The notes under the pieces are model-generated. The model searched no databases. It saw only the letters and a list, made by a program, of their open reading frames with translations, and was not told where the DNA came from. From positions 1,440,001 through 1,504,000 of the forward strand of contig JBKAGP010000001.1 of the NCBI GenBank assembly GCA_046290465.1: a DNA stretch of 64,000 nucleotides. The letters are read 5' to 3'. The number at the start of each line of letters is the position of its first letter. The stretch's first letter is position 1. Source of the DNA: Planctomycetota bacterium. Lineage in GTDB: Bacteria > Planctomycetota > UBA1135 > UBA2386. Shown here piece after piece: positions 59,522 to 64,000 of the stretch. A program made the position numbers and the translations under genes.

Positions 59522-61828
59522 CTATTGGATCCGGAAGGTGACGCCGCCGACGCCCTCGTCGGTGCCGAGCAACGTCGTCGGCACGTTCCAGCGCACCTCG
59601 ATCGGCTGGTCCTTCGGCAGTGGCGACAGCGGCACGAACGCAAAGCAACCGGGCGCCTGGTCGGAGTAGTCGACGACGACCCCGCGCAGCGGCGCGTTCT
59701 TCTCGAACGCCTGGCACGTGATCGACTGCCGGTACGACGCGCCGATCTCGCGCGCGAAGTGCATGGTGAGCGGCATGCCGACCTGCTGGTCGGCCTCGAC
59801 GCCGGCCGCCGCGAGCGCGGCCCTGGCCCGCTCGTCGAGCTCGCCGAACGCGACGCCGGCCGGCACGCCGCGCTGGCCCGCGCGCGGCCAGTGGATCGGC
59901 GGCCCGGTCCTGGTGCGTTCGGCCGGCAGCGCCAGGCCCAGCAGGAAACCACCGTCGTCGGACGGCACCGCGACCAGGTCGCGGCCCGGCGCGATCAGCC
60001 GGTCGCGCATCGCCGGGTTGCGCAACCACTCGGCCAGCGCCGCCTCGGCGTCGGCGGCGCGCGACCAGAGCACCGTGGTGCCGATCGCGGCCGGCGGCGT
60101 CGGAAACTCGACCGGCTCGACCTTGCGGCCGGCCTTGGCCTGCTTGTCGCGCTTCTTCTGCTCCTTCTCGGCCTTGGCCAGCGCCTTCTCGTAGCGGCGC
60201 ACTGCGAGGAAGTCCGGCGTGGTGTCGAGGTAGTAGCCGATTGGACCGACCTCGGCGTCGGCGCGCGCCTGGTTGAGCGCGTCGACCAGCGAACGAGACC
60301 GCTCGACCGCCTTGCGCGCCTTGCTCTTCTGGTTGGGCAGCGGATCGCGCTTCATCGCCGCGCGCAGCTCGGCGCCGCGGCCCCAGAACGTGCGCCACTC
60401 GGCGTCGATCTTCGGCAGCGGATACTGGGTGCGCCGCAGGAACTCGGCTTCGACGGCCATCGCGTCGCGCACCCCGCTGTTCTTGCTGGCGTCCAGCTCC
60501 AGCAGCAGCTCGGGCCGCCAGTGCGCCAGGTAGTGGCAGATCGCCCACGCCTTGACGCGCTGCTCGTTGGTGAACTTCGCCGCCTGGATCAACACCAGCT
60601 CGCTGCTGCGCGTGTCGCTCTTGGACCAGGCCGACTCGGTCGCGATCTTCATCCACGTATCGAGATCGGGCGCGAGCCGGCGCTGCGTGTGGCCCGCCGA
60701 CGTGCGTTCCTTGAGCTGCTCCTGCAGGAAGCACAGCGTCTGGTTGAACAGGAAGCCGCAGGCGGCGTGGCCGACGCCCTCCCACAGTCCGTCGGTTTTC
60801 GGTCCGATCGCGTCCTGCATGACGCCGCGCGCCGCGTTGTCGCGGTTGACGGCCATGCCCAGCTCGCCCTTGTAGACGCGCAGCGACTGGCCGCCGTGCT
60901 CGAGGAAGCACATGTCGACCTCGTCGCGCAGGAACCGGAACCGATCCTCCTGGAACGCGCCGCGGCACACCTCCATCGTCGCCGCGTACTCACCCTGGTT
61001 CTGCACGAACACGAGGTTGCGGATCCGCTTGGGCTCGAACACATGGCCCGGCGACACCCCGAACCAGGTGCGCGACAGCAGCAGCGAACGTTCGCAGTCC
61101 AGCGCCAGCTCCGTCAGCGTCGCCACCGGCAGCGTGCCCCACACCTCGAAGTGCTCGGAGCGCACGCCGCTGTGCGTCAGGCCGGCGGCCTCGAGCAGCG
61201 GCAGGCGTCCGTCGGGCATCTGCTCGACCGGGAACGCGGTGCGGTTGAGCCAGTCGCAGGCCAGGAACAGCGCACGGCCCCGACGCAGCATGCGCAGTTC
61301 GTCGGCCGTGCCCGTGAAGCCCTCGAACTCGCGGATCGCCAGCGCCTCGGAGGCGGTCTGGTCGCCCGGTGACATGCTGAGGATGCGCCGCCAGTGCTTC
61401 GCCGCGCGGTCGGGCTCGCCGAGCCGGGTCCAGCCGTCGGCCAGCTTGCGGTGCTCTTCGAGCAGCGCCTTCTCGAGCTTCTGCTGCTCGCGCTCGACCC
61501 TGCGCAGCTTGCTCTTCTTGGCCTTCAGGTCGCGATCGAGCACCAGCGCTGCCTCGTCGATCCGCCACAGCCGGCCGACCTGCACGAAGCCGGTCTTCTC
61601 CCGGGCGCGCTTGTCGTCCTCGTCGTAGTCCATCCAGATGGTCCGCCGCAGCTGCAGCGCCCGCGCGTGCTGCTTCTGCTCGGCGAACTTGTCGGCCAGG
61701 TCGTGCATGCCGGCGACCGCGGTCTTGGTGAGCTCGGTCTCGCGCACCGCCAGGGTGGTCGCGTCCTGGGCGGCCAGCAGTCCGCACAGCGAGAAGATCG
61801 TCAGCAGGGTTCGGGCGAGGGGTCGCAT
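59522..61828 (-). CDS. Secreted hypothetical protein
   Basis: Signal peptide MRPLARTLLTIFSLCGLLAA, strong GC3 bias. Confidence 0.75.
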   Translation of the reverse strand: MRPLARTLLTIFSLCGLLAAQDATTLAVRETELTKTAVAGMHDLADKFAEQKQHARALQLRRTIWMDYDEDDKRAREKTGFVQVGRLWRIDEAALVLDRDLKAKKSKLRRVEREQQKLEKALLEEHRKLADGWTRLGEPDRAAKHWRRILSMSPGDQTASEALAIREFEGFTGTADELRMLRRGRALFLACDWLNRTAFPVEQMPDGRLPLLEAAGLTHSGVRSEHFEVWGTLPVATLTELALDCERSLLLSRTWFGVSPGHVFEPKRIRNLVFVQNQGEYAATMEVCRGAFQEDRFRFLRDEVDMCFLEHGGQSLRVYKGELGMAVNRDNAARGVMQDAIGPKTDGLWEGVGHAACGFLFNQTLCFLQEQLKERTSAGHTQRRLAPDLDTWMKIATESAWSKSDTRSSELVLIQAAKFTNEQRVKAWAICHYLAHWRPELLLELDASKNSGVRDAMAVEAEFLRRTQYPLPKIDAEWRTFWGRGAELRAAMKRDPLPNQKSKARKAVERSRSLVDALNQARADAEVGPIGYYLDTTPDFLAVRRYEKALAKAEKEQKKRDKQAKAGRKVEPVEFPTPPAAIGTTVLWSRAADAEAALAEWLRNPAMRDRLIAPGRDLVAVPSDDGGFLLGLALPAERTRTGPPIHWPRAGQRGVPAGVAFGELDERARAALAAAGVEADQQVGMPLTMHFAREIGASYRQSITCQAFEKNAPLRGVVVDYSDQAPGCFAFVPLSPLPKDQPIEVRWNVPTTLLGTDEGVGGVTFRIQ

Positions 61829-61858
61829 CGCCGGCAAGGTAAGCGATGATCGGCATCC

Positions 61859-63967
61859 ATGCATCGCGCACGCCTGCTGCTCTGTGTCCTGGGACTCGCT
61901 CCCTGGCTCGCCTGCACGGGTCTCGCCCAGGAACCTGCCGCCGAGTCGCCGCCGGCGCGCGTCCTGATCGTGCAGAACCTGGCCCCGCACGCGCGCCAGC
62001 AGCCGGTCGCCTGCGTGGTGCCGTTCGCGCCCGGCGTCGCGTTCGCCCAACCGGCGCTGACCGTCGAGGACCATCCGACCGTCTGGCAGCCGTTCGGCGC
62101 CCGCTGGCCCGACGGCTCGTGGCGGCAGGCGCTGTGCCTGTTCCGTGTCGACATCCCGCCGCTCAGCGAACAGCGGCTGACGCTGCTGGCGGAGCGCTCG
62201 ACGCCGTCCCCGGCCAGGATCGAGATGCCGAAGGCCGAGCTGAGCGTGCTGGTGCAGAGCGGCCGGAGCAAGGTGCGCGCCACCCCCGAGCGGGTGCGCG
62301 ACCTCGAGTCCAACGCGTTCCGTCGGGTCGAGCTGCGCCGCGCCCGCATCGGCGGCACCGGCCTGGTGGTCGAACTGATCGTCACCGCCTGGCGCGACCA
62401 GGCCTTTGCCGACGTCGCGATCTCGGTATTCTTCTCGGACCCGGACTCCAAGGACATACAGCGGCGCGTCGACGAGTTGGCGATCGAGAGCCGCGGCATG
62501 GGCCTGGTGCTGCGTCACGGCGGCTACCTCGGCATCGACCAGCGCGCCACCCGCTACGGCAGCCGCACGGTGCTGCTGCAGAAGGCCGTGCTCGGCGACG
62601 GCCAGGGACTGCGCCGCGTCGGCGTGCTGGTGCCGCCGCTGTCGGGCGACAAGGTCGCCGACGAGACGCTGCGCGCGGCGACCATCGCGCCCCTGCTGGC
62701 TGCAACCAGCTGGCACGGCACCGACGCGTTCGGGCCGTTCGGTGTGGTGCCACAACCGCCGCCGTGGCTGCAGGGCGACGCGCTGCGCGTGCACTTCGCG
62801 CACCGGCACAAGACGTTCGTGCAGCGCGAGGCCCAGAAGGGCGATCCGTTCGGCGTGTTTCCGCACGGCCTGCAGCGCATGGCCGGCCAGACCGGCGATC
62901 AGGACGACTTCGGCACCTGCAAGCTGTCGCCGGTCGCGTGGAGCGGCGTGCCGAGCATGCTGCTCGAGGTCGAGCTGTCGGTGCTGCAGGAAGCGTGTCG
63001 ACCGGTGCACTTCTTCGAACGCGACGGCGCGCCGGTCGATCCCGCCGAGCACCCCGAGTGGGTCGTGTGGAGCGGCCGCACCCACTGGCACGCCGGCGTC
63101 AGCAAGGACCGCCTCGGCAAGCCGCACCCCGAACCGCCGAGCGAGAGCCACGGCTGGACCGGCAAGGACCGGCAGCACTGGTCGAGCAACTACCTGACTG
63201 CCTACGCGCTGCTGACCGGCGCGCACTGGGCCCGCCGCGAACTCGAGAACGAGGCGCGACTCTACCTCGCCGGCCAGACGCTCGACCCGCAGCTGACGAC
63301 CTCCAACTCCGGCGCACCGCGCGGCGCCGGACGCACGATGCTGGCGGCCGCGTGGAACCTGTGCGTCACCGACGACGAACGCCTCCGGCAACGCATGGAC
63401 CAGCGCACCGACCGCGTGCACTTCCAGCAATGGGCCGGCCGCACGCTCGCCGCCGACCGCGTGCGGCCGATGGCGGTCAGCGGCCCGGACGACCGCCTGC
63501 TGCGCGGCAAGCATCCGTTCTGGAACCCGTGGCAGGACGCCCTCGCCGCGGTCGGCTTCGCCGCCCAGCACCGGATGACCGGCAACGCCAATGCGCGGGT
63601 GCTGGCCGAGCAGTTGGCCAAGAACGTCGTGCAGCACGGCTGGCTGGTCGACGAACGCGGCAGCGAGGTCGCGATGGCGATCCGCTGGCTGAAGGGCGCG
63701 CCGTTCACCGCAGCGCAGTGGCGTTCGCGCGATGAGACGCTGGTGCAATGGGGCTTCGGCACGGCGTACTCGGAGTGGTCGATCGGCGCCGTGGAGATCG
63801 CGCGGGTGGCGGCGGCGCGCGACGGCGACGAGGAGCTGCGGGACAAGGCGGCTGGTATCCAGCAGCGCATGCGGAAGTCGCGGCGGCCACCGGCGGCGGA
63901 GTATCCGTATCTGCGCGGGCTCGATCGGTTCGGGGAGTGGGACGCGGTGCGTTGGGAGGCGAAGTAG
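61859..63967 (+). CDS. Secreted hypothetical protein (beta-rich N-terminus with RWPDGS, helical C-terminus)
   Basis: Signal peptide, strong GC3 bias. Confidence 0.75.
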   Translation: MHRARLLLCVLGLAPWLACTGLAQEPAAESPPARVLIVQNLAPHARQQPVACVVPFAPGVAFAQPALTVEDHPTVWQPFGARWPDGSWRQALCLFRVDIPPLSEQRLTLLAERSTPSPARIEMPKAELSVLVQSGRSKVRATPERVRDLESNAFRRVELRRARIGGTGLVVELIVTAWRDQAFADVAISVFFSDPDSKDIQRRVDELAIESRGMGLVLRHGGYLGIDQRATRYGSRTVLLQKAVLGDGQGLRRVGVLVPPLSGDKVADETLRAATIAPLLAATSWHGTDAFGPFGVVPQPPPWLQGDALRVHFAHRHKTFVQREAQKGDPFGVFPHGLQRMAGQTGDQDDFGTCKLSPVAWSGVPSMLLEVELSVLQEACRPVHFFERDGAPVDPAEHPEWVVWSGRTHWHAGVSKDRLGKPHPEPPSESHGWTGKDRQHWSSNYLTAYALLTGAHWARRELENEARLYLAGQTLDPQLTTSNSGAPRGAGRTMLAAAWNLCVTDDERLRQRMDQRTDRVHFQQWAGRTLAADRVRPMAVSGPDDRLLRGKHPFWNPWQDALAAVGFAAQHRMTGNANARVLAEQLAKNVVQHGWLVDERGSEVAMAIRWLKGAPFTAAQWRSRDETLVQWGFGTAYSEWSIGAVEIARVAAARDGDEELRDKAAGIQQRMRKSRRPPAAEYPYLRGLDRFGEWDAVRWEAK

Positions 63968-64000
63968 GCGGAGGGCAGGGGTGGCAATACGAAATTGGTG

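Noticed and set aside
63780..64000. G-rich compositional shift at the window end
   Set aside because: May signal an element just outside the window, but nothing can be confirmed from the visible sequence

Overview
Very high-GC bacterial chromosomal segment. The gene content points to Planctomycetota: several eukaryote-like Ser/Thr kinases, a kinase-coupled ECF sigma factor, and DUF1080, DUF1501 and zinc-ribbon membrane proteins. It holds about 50 genes. Housekeeping genes include kdsA, a fabZ-like gene, rnhA, an RNase HII-like gene, acpH, valS, recQ, uvrC, uvrB and hslU. There are also four ECF sigma factors, three Ser/Thr kinases, a GT-C/GT2 glycosylation cluster and a stand-alone formyltransferase-A(LLM)-PCP NRPS. 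Highlights: (1) a small probable selenoprotein (50170-50529) with an in-frame TGA and an fdhF-type SECIS hairpin, recovered only in part by the ORF track, inside an hslU/ECF gene run; (2) an archaeal-type Pus10 pseudouridine synthase reduced to its catalytic domain; (3) a single-ring Clp-type ATPase and an HslU with non-canonical pore loop and tail; (4) several families of REP-like palindromic elements; (5) two gene remnants. No rRNA, tRNA, CRISPR array or transposase was seen. All family assignments come from reading motifs by eye, not from database searches.
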